DNA from: an uncultured Bacteroidales bacterium
GTDB lineage: Bacteria > Bacteroidota > Bacteroidia > Bacteroidales > FEN-979
Direction of reading: 5' to 3'
Assembly: GCA_903837605.1 (NCBI GenBank)
Contig: CAILVF010000021.1
Location: 14,630-78,629 of the forward strand
Length of the DNA: 64,000 nt
Shown here: positions 1-9,700 of the stretch, piece by piece
Layout: each line of letters begins with the position of its first letter
Position numbering within the stretch: position 1 is the stretch's first letter
The notes under the pieces: generated by a model
Databases searched by the model: none
The model's input: only the letters and a program-made list of their open reading frames with translations
Told to the model about the DNA's origin: nothing
Position numbers and translations under genes: made by a program

Positions 1-151
1 TTGCTGCCTTGTATTTAGGATTCTCTTCGACGAACGGGATGAGGGATTCGACTACTTCCATTACTGCCTGGTGGAATTCTTTTTCATTTGGATTCCTGGC
101 GATCAGTTTTGCCATGAATTCATCAACGAGTTTCTGATAAGCGTTTGCCAT
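1..151 (-). CDS. gdhA: Glutamate dehydrogenase (NADP-specific GdhA family), N-terminal part; runs off the left edge
   Basis: Manual translation from ATG at 151: MANAYQKLVDEFMAKLIARNPNEKEFHQAVMEVVESLIPFVEENPKYKAA. The 'NPNE.EFHQAV.EV.ESL' segment is the typical GdhA N-terminus. Not in the ORF track. Confidence 0.85.
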   Translation of the reverse strand, partial: MANAYQKLVDEFMAKLIARNPNEKEFHQAVMEVVESLIPFVEENPKYKAA

Positions 152-203
152 AGGTTTGAGATTTTAATTAATGTATGAACGTTAATAATTTCACAATAAT
201 TCG

Positions 204-211
204 CAAATGTA
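204..211 (-). promoter_or_regulatory. Bacteroidota sigma-70 -7 element (TACATTTG) for gdhA
   Basis: Matches TAnnTTTG on the minus strand about 50 nt upstream of the gdhA ATG. Confidence 0.6.
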
Positions 212-379
212 AGCGGCCCGATAACCCGAAATCAGCACCATGATAAAATAAATTCATATATTTTACATAAAACAGCCGGTTTACTTAGTGGGTATAAGTG
301 AATCACGTACCAACTCTAAGGATATTCCGTAATGTGCTAAAATTGCGGGTTTCGGTTCAAAAGGGAAGGAAGATTTATC

Positions 380-387
380 TAACTTTG
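380..387 (+). promoter_or_regulatory. -7 element (TAACTTTG) for the PPDK-like/Stn operon
   Basis: TAnnTTTG 21 nt upstream of ATG 409; supports 409 rather than GTG 298 as the start. Confidence 0.6.
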
Positions 388-408
388 AGCGTTAAATTCA
401 GGCAATTT

Positions 409-3400
409 ATGACTAAACCCGGGGAGGACAAAAAACACGTCAGGGAAGATAATATTGACCTTGACAGGCTGGTTTACGACAACCGGGAAAGGCTTAAGGA
501 ACTTGCGGCCCTGAACGCAACCACCTCAATTATTAAGAAGGGAAAATCCATTCAGGAGACCCTTTATGAGATCTGTAATATCATACCTCCTGCCTGGCAA
601 TATCCAGAATTCACCGTGGCCAGGATACGGTACGATGAAACGGAAGTAACCACAACAGAGTTTGAAGAAACCCAATGGTGCCAGAAGCAGGAATTTGAAA
701 GCATTGACGGGTTCAGCGGCACCATAGAGGTTTTTTATACAAAGGAATTCACTCGCTCATACGAGGGACCTTTCCTGAAGGAAGAAAAGGACCTCATTAT
801 GAACCTGGCAAGCCTCATCGAGGGTTTCCTGAACGGGGTCAAGGGGCGTGAAGGCCGTTATATTACAAGGGAAAGGCTGAAAGAGCTGTCGGCCATCAAC
901 CAGACCACGAATATACTGAGAGCAGGGAAACCGGTTGAAGAAGCCCTTCACCAGATCTGCATGATCCTTCCTTCGGCATGGCAGTTCCCCGAATACGCCG
1001 TATGCCGTATCAAATACGGCAAGATTGAAATCAAAACCCAGAATTTCAAGGAAACAAAATGGTGCCAGCGGCAGTTGTTTGAGACTATCGACAACCAGGT
1101 TGGGTCTATTGAAATATATTACCTGAAAGCATTCCCCCTCGCATTTGAAGGCCCTTTCCTCGAAGAAGAGCGATACCTGATCATAAACCTGGGAAACCTC
1201 ATCACAGGCTATCTCAACAGTGTAAAGGGGAAAGCTATACTGCGGAAAAGCGGGTACACCGATGCCCAGGAAATAAAGACGGCTTCAGAACAGGAAACCC
1301 GGGCCAGCCGGAAACTGCTGCAGACCTTCCTTAACAGGATGAATTACAACCGGGACCTGTACCATGACCTTATGCCGTTTAAAGTCAGGGAAATTCTGCT
1401 TGTTGCAAATCTCTATGATGCATACAGCATAGAAAAGGAGGGAAGATTCTCTGAACACGTCCTGGGTGAATTTTATTCGCTCAGCCTGTCGACCATGCCC
1501 CGTATCACTGGAGCTTCCAGTACCGAGGAAGTCATGGAGCAGCTCGGCTCCAAGCATTACGACCTTGTGATAATCATGATGGGGGTCGATAAGCATTTCC
1601 CCGTAGAATTGAGCCGCAAGATCAAGGACCTTTACCAGTATATTCCTGTATTTCTCTTGCTGAACAGCAATACCGATACGGCTTTGTTTGAAGAGACCCC
1701 TGAGAGGCTGACCTGGATCGACAGGGTGTTTGTATGGAACGGCGATTCCAAGATCTTCTTTGCCATGATCAACTACCTTGAGGACAAGGTGAATGTTGAG
1801 AACGACACCAATATAGGGATGGTGAGGGTGATACTGCTGGTTGAAGATTCCCCAACCTATTACTCCCTGTACCTGCCCATGCTATATAATATCGTTCTGG
1901 AACAAACCAAGACGATTATTGAAGATGTGACTACCGATGAACTTTACCGCATACTCCGTCTGAAGGCCAGGCCCAAGATCCTCCTGGCATCCACCTACGA
2001 AGAGGCGTTATACATATTTAATAAGTACAAGGAATTTATGCTCTGCCTGATATCGGATGTCAGGTTTAAAAAGGATGGCCGGATGAGCGATACCGCCGGC
2101 TTCAGCCTTGTAAAACAAACAAGGAAGGAACTCAGGGAGCTGCCCATCATACTGCAGTCAAGCGATAATATGAATTCCCAGCAGGCTTATGAACTTAAGA
2201 CCTCCTTCATCAATAAGAATTCAGAGACCCTGCTTGCCGATTTCAGGAGTTTTATCACACACTACCTCGGCTTCGGTAATTTCATATACAGGGATACCGG
2301 CGGCAGCCAGATCGCTGTTGCCAAATCTCTGAAAGAGTTTGAAGATTTCCTTAAGACGATCCCCGAGGAATCCCTGTTGTACCATGCCCGCAAGGATCAT
2401 TTTTCGCTATGGCTGATGGCCAGGGGTGAAGTACAGGCGGCAAAGATCCTCAACCCGGCCAAGGTCACCGATTTTAAAAATCCTTCAGAACTCAGGGAAC
2501 ATCTCATCACTGTGATCCGGAATTTCAGGAATGAACAGAATATAGGGAAAGTCATTCCTTTTGAAGAAGCTGCCATTACCGACGAAAGGAATATTGTCGC
2601 ACTTACCGAAGGAGCGCTGGGCGGCAAGGGAAGGGGACTCGCATTTGTAAGCACCCTGATCTACAACTACGATTTTTCACAGATCATCCCGAACATCATC
2701 ATCCGCACTCCTAAAACATCCATCATCGGCACCGAGGAGTTTGAATATTTTCTCGACAGGAATAAATTACGGGAGCAGGCATTGCTTGAAAATGACTACA
2801 GCCTGCTGAGGCACAGGTTTATGAGCGGCAAGCTCACCGAAACCCTGATCAGGAAGCTTAAGGCAGTCATCAAATCGATAAAAAACCCGCTGGCTATAAG
2901 GTCCTCGGGGCTTTTCGAGGATTCCCTGAACCAGCCGTTCGCCGGGATCTTCGAAACATACCTGATCCCAAACAACCATCCCGATCCTAACGTCAGGCTT
3001 GCACAGCTCATGGATGCAATCAAACTGGTCTATGCCTCTGTATACTCTCCTGTTGCCAAAGGGTATATTGAAGCGGTAAATTACAGGATAGAATCGGAGA
3101 AAATGGCTGTTGTTGTCCAGGAAGTCGTGGGCCACAGGCATGGGGATGTGTTCTATCCGCATATCAGCGGTGTAGCCCAATCCTACAACTACTATCCTTT
3201 TGCCCATATGAAACCCGAGGAAGGCTTTGCAGTAATGGCTGTTGGCCTTGGGCGCTATGTTGTTGAAGGGGAAAAGGCATTCCGTTTTTCACCCAAATAT
3301 CCAACACTTGAGATCAACACCCCCAAGGACCAGTATAAAGGTTCCCAGCTGCATTTTTATGCGGTGGACCTGAAGAAAGAGAATGTGAACCTTCTTGAGG

Positions 3401-4281
3401 GGGAGGATGCCGGCCTCAGGATGATGGAGATAGATGTGGCGGAAGAACACGGGACCCTGAAGCATCTGGCTTCGGTATATTCCCTTGAGAACAACCGCAT
3501 CACTCCCGGCCTCAACCAGCCCGGCCCCAGGGTGATCAACTTTGCCGATATCCTTAAATACAACTATGTTCCCCTGGCCAAGACCGTCGAGGTTGTTCTT
3601 GACGTAGTCAAGGAAGCCTTAGGGACCCCCGTCGAAATCGAATTTGCCGTCGACCTTGAAAAGGATGATGAGAACCGGGCTTCTTTTTACCTTCTGCAAA
3701 TTAAACCCCTGATCGGAAATGTGACCGACTACCATGTCGACATGAATAAGATCAACCCGGCAGAGATATTGCTGTATGCCGATAAAGAAATGGGCAACGG
3801 TGTCGTTGAAGACATTCACGATGTGATTTTTGTAGATCCTGACACCTTCGACAACACCAAGACCATGGAGATGGCCGATGAGATCAACCATATCAACCAT
3901 GAGTTTTTCAAGGAGGGGAAGAAGTATGTCCTGATCGGCCCGGGAAGATGGGGTACCAGGGACCGCTGGATCGGGATCCCTGTCGCATGGCCGCAGATCA
4001 GTTCCGCCAAGATCATTGTTGAAACCAGCCTGGAAGGGTTCCCTCTGGATGCCTCTTCAGGATCCCATTTCTTCCATAACGTAACTTCGATGAATGTAGG
4101 TTATTTCTGCATTCAGCCGGAGATGTCAGACAGCTACATCCGTTATGAGATACTGAAACAGCAGAAAAATATCAGGAAAACGCAGTATTTCACCATAGTT
4201 CACTTTGAACAGCCATTGACCATCCGCATGGACGGCAAGCAAAGGATCTCGGTGATCACCTGGAAACGCGATAAACAATAA
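409..4281 (+). CDS. PEP synthase/PPDK-like nucleotide-binding-domain protein with two N-terminal GAF-like repeats, receiver-like domains and a C-terminal His-swivel-like domain; no pyruvate-binding barrel
   Basis: ATP-grasp motifs GGKGRGLAF, AIRSSGLFEDS, FAGIFET, MAVVVQEV, EIEFA, LLQIKP. Receiver motifs LLVEDS...ISDV...LQSS...NKN. C-terminal GPGRWG...SSGSHFFHN. Confidence 0.85.
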   Translation: MTKPGEDKKHVREDNIDLDRLVYDNRERLKELAALNATTSIIKKGKSIQETLYEICNIIPPAWQYPEFTVARIRYDETEVTTTEFEETQWCQKQEFESIDGFSGTIEVFYTKEFTRSYEGPFLKEEKDLIMNLASLIEGFLNGVKGREGRYITRERLKELSAINQTTNILRAGKPVEEALHQICMILPSAWQFPEYAVCRIKYGKIEIKTQNFKETKWCQRQLFETIDNQVGSIEIYYLKAFPLAFEGPFLEEERYLIINLGNLITGYLNSVKGKAILRKSGYTDAQEIKTASEQETRASRKLLQTFLNRMNYNRDLYHDLMPFKVREILLVANLYDAYSIEKEGRFSEHVLGEFYSLSLSTMPRITGASSTEEVMEQLGSKHYDLVIIMMGVDKHFPVELSRKIKDLYQYIPVFLLLNSNTDTALFEETPERLTWIDRVFVWNGDSKIFFAMINYLEDKVNVENDTNIGMVRVILLVEDSPTYYSLYLPMLYNIVLEQTKTIIEDVTTDELYRILRLKARPKILLASTYEEALYIFNKYKEFMLCLISDVRFKKDGRMSDTAGFSLVKQTRKELRELPIILQSSDNMNSQQAYELKTSFINKNSETLLADFRSFITHYLGFGNFIYRDTGGSQIAVAKSLKEFEDFLKTIPEESLLYHARKDHFSLWLMARGEVQAAKILNPAKVTDFKNPSELREHLITVIRNFRNEQNIGKVIPFEEAAITDERNIVALTEGALGGKGRGLAFVSTLIYNYDFSQIIPNIIIRTPKTSIIGTEEFEYFLDRNKLREQALLENDYSLLRHRFMSGKLTETLIRKLKAVIKSIKNPLAIRSSGLFEDSLNQPFAGIFETYLIPNNHPDPNVRLAQLMDAIKLVYASVYSPVAKGYIEAVNYRIESEKMAVVVQEVVGHRHGDVFYPHISGVAQSYNYYPFAHMKPEEGFAVMAVGLGRYVVEGEKAFRFSPKYPTLEINTPKDQYKGSQLHFYAVDLKKENVNLLEGEDAGLRMMEIDVAEEHGTLKHLASVYSLENNRITPGLNQPGPRVINFADILKYNYVPLAKTVEVVLDVVKEALGTPVEIEFAVDLEKDDENRASFYLLQIKPLIGNVTDYHVDMNKINPAEILLYADKEMGNGVVEDIHDVIFVDPDTFDNTKTMEMADEINHINHEFFKEGKKYVLIGPGRWGTRDRWIGIPVAWPQISSAKIIVETSLEGFPLDASSGSHFFHNVTSMNVGYFCIQPEMSDSYIRYEILKQQKNIRKTQYFTIVHFEQPLTIRMDGKQRISVITWKRDKQ
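484..1230 (+). repeat. Internal tandem duplication of an ~120-aa GAF-like module (484-846 and 868-1230)
   Basis: Both copies read RERLKEL.A.N...IC.I.P.AWQ.PE..V.RI.Y...GPFL.EE..LI.NL..LI.G.LN.VKG; period 384 nt. Confidence 0.85.
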
Positions 4282-4298
4282 GACTCAAATTTACTCAT

Positions 4299-4817
4299 AT
4301 GCGAATAAGCCGATTGAATCAAAAGAAAACAGAGATTAAAGCTGAAGATACCGATCTCAGGCTAATCGAACCCCTGATCGAAAAAAACAAAGCAAAAAAA
4401 GGAAACCTGATCCCCCTTCTCCAGGGAGCCCAGGATCTTTATGGGTACATTCCCAAAGTGGTTTTTGAAAAGATCAGCGCCGAATGCGGGATCCCTCTCA
4501 GCGATATGTTTGGCGTGGCCACTTTTTATTCACAGTTCCGTCTGCACCCGGTGGGAAAACATATCATTAAGGTATGCCACGGAACTGCCTGCCATGTGCA
4601 GAATGCAAAGGAGATCTCCGAAGCACTTGAGGAATCGCTCAGGATAAAAGACGGCGAAACAACCGAGGACCGTTTTTATACTCTCGAATCGGTTGCCTGC
4701 CTTGGCTGCTGCTCACTCGCCCCGGTGATGATGGTTGCCGATCAGACTTACGGCAAATTAACCGGCAATGAAGCGGTGAAGATCATTAAGAATATCAAAC
4801 TTGCAGAAAACAATTGA
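4299..4817 (+). CDS. stnA: NuoE/HydC-like [2Fe-2S] subunit (StnA/BfuC-like)
   Basis: VATFYSQF, CHGTACH and ACLGCCSLAP motifs. Confidence 0.85.
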   Translation: MRISRLNQKKTEIKAEDTDLRLIEPLIEKNKAKKGNLIPLLQGAQDLYGYIPKVVFEKISAECGIPLSDMFGVATFYSQFRLHPVGKHIIKVCHGTACHVQNAKEISEALEESLRIKDGETTEDRFYTLESVACLGCCSLAPVMMVADQTYGKLTGNEAVKIIKNIKLAENN

Positions 4818-4894
4818 GCCATAAGTGATGAGCCATGAGCCATGAATAATGAGTGATTTTCACTCATGGCTCATGCCTCATGGCACATGGCTTG
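4815..4894. repeat. Heptamer array TGAGCCA followed by an inverted TGGCTCA arm (hairpin)
   Basis: tgagcca taagtga tgagcca tgagcca tgaataa tgagtga ... cactca tggctca tgcctca tggcaca tggcttg; starts at the stnA stop codon. Confidence 0.85.
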
Positions 4895-4914
4895 TCTAAC
4901 AAACAAACTAGATT

Positions 4915-6690
4915 ATGATGACTACAGTGACCGTCGGACTGGGCAGTTGCGGAATAGCAGCAGGAGCCAATAAGACCTATGAAAAGATAAAAGCTATGAA
5001 AGAACAGGAGAAGCTCCCGTTTGAACTTCAGAAGACCTCCTGTATCGGGATGTGCTACCGTGAACCTCTCGTCGAGATCACCGACGATACGGGTACCTAT
5101 ATATATGGTGATGTAAATGAAGACCGGGCGGTTGAAGTGATAGAAAAGCACATCAACCAGCACGACCCCATCAGGGATTACATTGTATATACCGATTTGT
5201 TTGAGGCTGCTGAGAATGATTTCATACAGGCCCAGGTTAAGATAGTTCTCCGTAACTGCGGCTATATGGACCCTGAGTCGATAGCAGAATACGAAGAAAG
5301 AAATGGTTACACCGCCATGAAGACGATCGTAATGAATAAGCTGTCGCGGGAAGAGGTGATTAAAACCATCCTTGACTCGGGGCTGCGGGGCCGCGGTGGT
5401 GGCGGTTTCTCAACCGGTATGAAGTGGAAGTTTGCCAATGCAAATAAATCGGAACAAAAATATGTTATCTGTAATGCGGATGAGGGAGACCCCGGGGCAT
5501 TCATGGACCGCTCGGTCCTGGAGGGCGACCCGCACTCCATCCTGGAGGGGATGATCATTGCAGCCTATGCAATTGAAGCCACGGGCGGGGTCATTTATTG
5601 CAGGGCCGAATATCCGCTGGCTATCAAGAGGCTCAATATTGCATTACACCAGGCCCATGAGAAGGGATATCTCGGGAAAGACATTTTCGGGATAAAAGGA
5701 TGGGATTTCGACATTTATATCAAGGAAGGCGCCGGCGCATTCGTTTGCGGGGAAGAAACAGCCCTTATCGCATCCATAGAAGGGGAACGCGGCATGCCAC
5801 GCAAACGCCCCCCGTTCCCGGCTGCTTCCGGACTGTGGAAAAAACCAACCAACATCAATAATGTTGAGACTTATGCCAATGTCCCATGGATCATTCTTAA
5901 CGGTGCGGCGGCCTATGCAAAGTACGGTACCGAAAAAAGCAAGGGCACAAAGGTCTTTGCACTTGCAGGAAAGATCAAACGTTCGGGGCTTGTGGAAGTC
6001 CCGATGGGCATTACAATCAAGGATGTCATCTTTAAACTTGGAGGCGGGATCAAAAATAACAAACGCTTCAAGGCAGTTCAGCTCGGGGGGCCTTCAGGAG
6101 GCTGTATCCCCGAATATCTTTCGGATACCATCGTTGATTATGATTCGGTGAATGCCACCGGTGCCATCATGGGTTCAGGCGGTATGGTCGTAATGGACGA
6201 AACTACCTGTATGGTGGATGTAGCCAAATTCTTCCTCGACTTCACCCGTAAGGAAAGCTGCGGAAAATGCACATTCTGCCGCATGGGCACTATGAGGATG
6301 CTCGAGATCCTTGAGCGGATTACCAGCGGAAAAGGCAGGGAGGGCGATATTGAAAAACTTGAAGAACTGGCTTACCAGATCAAAGACAATTCGCTTTGCG
6401 GACTGGGGCAAACGGCTCCGAACCCGGTCCTTACGACTATAAGGTATTTCAGGGATGAATACGAGGCACATATCGGGCATAAAAAATGCCCCGCCAAAGT
6501 ATGCCGCCCCCTGCTTACCTATACCGTCGACGAAGAGAAATGTACAGGATGCATGGTATGTCTTAAAAACTGCCCGGCCAAAGCAATCACCGGCGAACGG
6601 AAGAAACCTCACCTGATAAACCAGGACCTCTGCACAAAATGCGGGGTCTGCTTCACGAAATGCAAGTTTGACAGCATCGTGTTGACGTAA
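4915..6690 (+). CDS. stnB: NuoF/HydB-like FMN/NADH-binding subunit with N-terminal [2Fe-2S] and C-terminal 2x[4Fe-4S] (StnB/BfuB-like)
   Basis: GLRGRGGGGF, NADEGDPGAFMDR, GAGAFVCGEETAL, GGPSGG, ESCGKCTFCR, CTGCMVCLKNCP and CTKCGVCFTKC. Confidence 0.9.
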   Translation: MMTTVTVGLGSCGIAAGANKTYEKIKAMKEQEKLPFELQKTSCIGMCYREPLVEITDDTGTYIYGDVNEDRAVEVIEKHINQHDPIRDYIVYTDLFEAAENDFIQAQVKIVLRNCGYMDPESIAEYEERNGYTAMKTIVMNKLSREEVIKTILDSGLRGRGGGGFSTGMKWKFANANKSEQKYVICNADEGDPGAFMDRSVLEGDPHSILEGMIIAAYAIEATGGVIYCRAEYPLAIKRLNIALHQAHEKGYLGKDIFGIKGWDFDIYIKEGAGAFVCGEETALIASIEGERGMPRKRPPFPAASGLWKKPTNINNVETYANVPWIILNGAAAYAKYGTEKSKGTKVFALAGKIKRSGLVEVPMGITIKDVIFKLGGGIKNNKRFKAVQLGGPSGGCIPEYLSDTIVDYDSVNATGAIMGSGGMVVMDETTCMVDVAKFFLDFTRKESCGKCTFCRMGTMRMLEILERITSGKGREGDIEKLEELAYQIKDNSLCGLGQTAPNPVLTTIRYFRDEYEAHIGHKKCPAKVCRPLLTYTVDEEKCTGCMVCLKNCPAKAITGERKKPHLINQDLCTKCGVCFTKCKFDSIVLT

Positions 6691-6779
6691 GAAAGCAGTG
6701 AAACAGAGAAAATAAATCCCGTATCCCTCATCTTGCATCTAAATTGTAAATAGTATCGTAATCGCAAATAATAATACCA

Positions 6780-9700
6780 ATGTCTGACAACTCATTAAAT
6801 ATCATTCTCAACGGATCTATCGTAAAAGGCTACCCCGGGGAGACCATTTTAGAACTGGCCCGCCGGAACGGAATAGAAATACCCACCCTTTGCAACGACG
6901 ACCGCCTCGAACCGTTCACTTCATGCTATGTGTGCGTTGTTGAAGTGGAAGGCATGAGAGGCCACCAGCCGGCATGCTCCACGAAACTGGCCGAAGGAAT
7001 GAAGATCATCACCGACAACGAAGGCATCCGTAAATCAAGAAAAATGGCACTCGAGCTTATGCTCAGCAACCATTATGCCGACTGTCTTGGCCCATGCAAA
7101 CAAACCTGTCCGGCAGGCGTGGATGTGCAGGGATATATCTCCCTTATCGAAAAAGGCCTGTATACTGAAGCGGTGGCGCTGATCAAGGAAACCAATCCCC
7201 TGCCTGCTATTTGCGGACGCGTTTGTGTTCGACCCTGCGAAAGGGAGTGCCGCAGGAACCTTCTCGACGAGGGCGCCCCGGTCGGGATAGACTACCTGAA
7301 ACGCTATGCGTCGGATCATGACCTTGAATCACCCGATAAATTTGTTCCCGCCGTAAAGAAATCCACAGGCAAAAAAATTGCAGTCATTGGCGCAGGCCCC
7401 GGTGGCTTGTCGGTTGGTCATTTCATGCAGATCGAAGGACACCAGGTCGATATCTATGAAGCTGCCCCGAAATCGGGCGGATGGCTTCGCTATGGGATCC
7501 CCGAATACAGGCTGCCCAACGACATCCTTGATAAGGAAGTGAAAAACATCACCGATCTTGGCGTCAATATCTTTTACAACAAAAAGTTCGGCGAAAACCC
7601 GAGCTATAAAGAGATCAGATCTAAATATGACGCAATGGTACTGACTATTGGTTCCCAAAAGGGGACAGGCGTCGGCTGCACGGGTGATGATGCCGGGAAC
7701 GTATATTCGGGTATAGATTTTCTTAAAAACATGGAAGTCACAGGCCAGAGGTATGATTTCAAAGGCAAAACCATTGCCGTGGTAGGAGGCGGAAATACAG
7801 CCATGGACTGCTGCCGCACATCGATACGCTGCAATGCCGATAAGGTATATGTGATCTACCGGCGCACCGAAAAGGAAATGCCTGCAAACCCCATTGAGAT
7901 CCACGAATCCAAACTGGAAGGAGTCGAATACATGTTCCTGACCCTTCCCAAGACGATAAATAAAAACGAAAAAGGTGAAGTTGAATCCATTACCTGTATC
8001 AAAATGGAACTGGGAGAACCCGATGCTTCCGGCCGCCGCAGGCCGGTGCCTGTTGAAGGTTCCGACTTCGACCTGGGGGTGGATTATGTTCTGGCTGCGA
8101 TCGGGCAAAAAACCGATGTGAATTTCATCGATGATATCAATACTTATGCCGAAGGAGGAGAGCTTAAGATCAACAAATGGGGAGACCTGGATGCCGATAA
8201 AAATACCCTTCAAACAGGCATTCCTTCTGTGTTTGCAGCGGGAGACGGTGTAACCGGCCCGGCTACTATCATTGAAGCCATAGCCCAGGCCAGGATTGCC
8301 TCCGTAAGCGCACACCAGTTTGTCATGGGGCTGCCCATAAGGCCTGCTGCAAAACCATTCACCAGCAAACGTGATAACTTCAAAAAGCAACTGGCACAGG
8401 ATTACCTTGATAAATTTGAAAAGCAAATCCGTGAGGAAATGCCCACCCTGCCCGCCAAAGACCGTATGAACTTCAGCGAGGTTGAACTGGGTTATAAGGC
8501 TGCTGAAATCGCACATCATGAAAGCCAGCGTTGCCTTGAATGCGGTTGCACCGCCTTCTTCAACTGCGACCTGCAGAAATATTCAAGCGAATACAATGCC
8601 CGTCAGAATTATTTCGAAGGCGAATTCAGGGAATATCAGGTTGACTTCCGTCATCCGTACATCGAGATAGATAATAACAAATGCATTCTCTGCGCCCGTT
8701 GCGTCAGGATCTGCAGGGAAGTTGTTGGTGCCAATGCCCTCGGGCTTATCAACCGCGGTTTCGACACCTATGTGGCCCCTGCAATGGGCGAAGCCCTTCA
8801 GGATACCCAATGCGAGTCCTGCGGCATGTGTATTTCGACCTGCCCCACGGGAGCCATCACCGAAAATGTGATCTTCAAACCGGGTCCGGTGAAAACAAAA
8901 GCGGTCGACAGCATATGTACTTATTGCTCGGTGGGATGTGCCATCAGCCTTCAAACGGTAAACGGGTTCACCTATGGCGTAACAGGAAGGAAAGGCCTGG
9001 TCAATGCCGACGGAAATATATGCCGTTATGCCAAATTCGGCTACAACTACCTGAACGACACTTCAAGGATCACCACACCCATGCTCAGGGTGGACGGGAA
9101 ATTTGAAACTATAAGTTTTGAAAAGGCATTCGGTATCATCAAAGAGAAGATCTCAGAGGTAAATCCCAACGACAACGCATTTTTCGGAGGGGCAAGGCTT
9201 TCAAACGAAGAGATGTACCTCATCCACAAGCTTGCCAGGCTGGCTGTAAAGACCAACAACGTAGGCAGTTTCCATTACCTTGGAAGAGGGGAGAGCTACC
9301 GGAAGAACTGCGAGTATAATGTACCTTTCAGCGAAATTAAAGATGCAAGCCTCATCTGTTTTATCGGAACCGAAATCAACCGCGACCATGCCGTTGCAGG
9401 ATTTATGGCACAGAATGCGCACTTCGTGAAGAAGATCCCCCAGGTAATGGTTACGGTGAAGGAGAATAACAGCCTTTCACATAAAGTAAACCAGGAAATA
9501 AAGATTAAATCCTATTACCATTTTATTAAAGCCATGAACCATTTCATCCTTTCGAAGGGACTTGAGAACGGGTTGTTCCTGAGCGACAGGGTGGAAGGTT
9601 TTGAAGAATATAAAAAACAACTGCTTGCCCTTGATTTCCATGATCTTTTAAAGGAAGCCGGTATTGGGGCGGATGAGCTCGGCAATTTTGCCAAAACTTA

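Noticed and set aside
298-408. GTG-started N-terminal extension of the first large ORF
   Set aside because: A TAnnTTTG element at 380-387 and ATG 409 make the shorter start more likely
6716-6770. Possible degenerate heptamer array between stnB and stnC (atcccgt atccctc atcttgc; aaattgt aaatagt)
   Set aside because: Too degenerate to call with confidence
7329-8519. 396-aa antisense ORF (also 11327-12148, 18837-19448, 22726-23352 and similar)
   Set aside because: Shadow frames of well-supported genes, with no recognisable motifs
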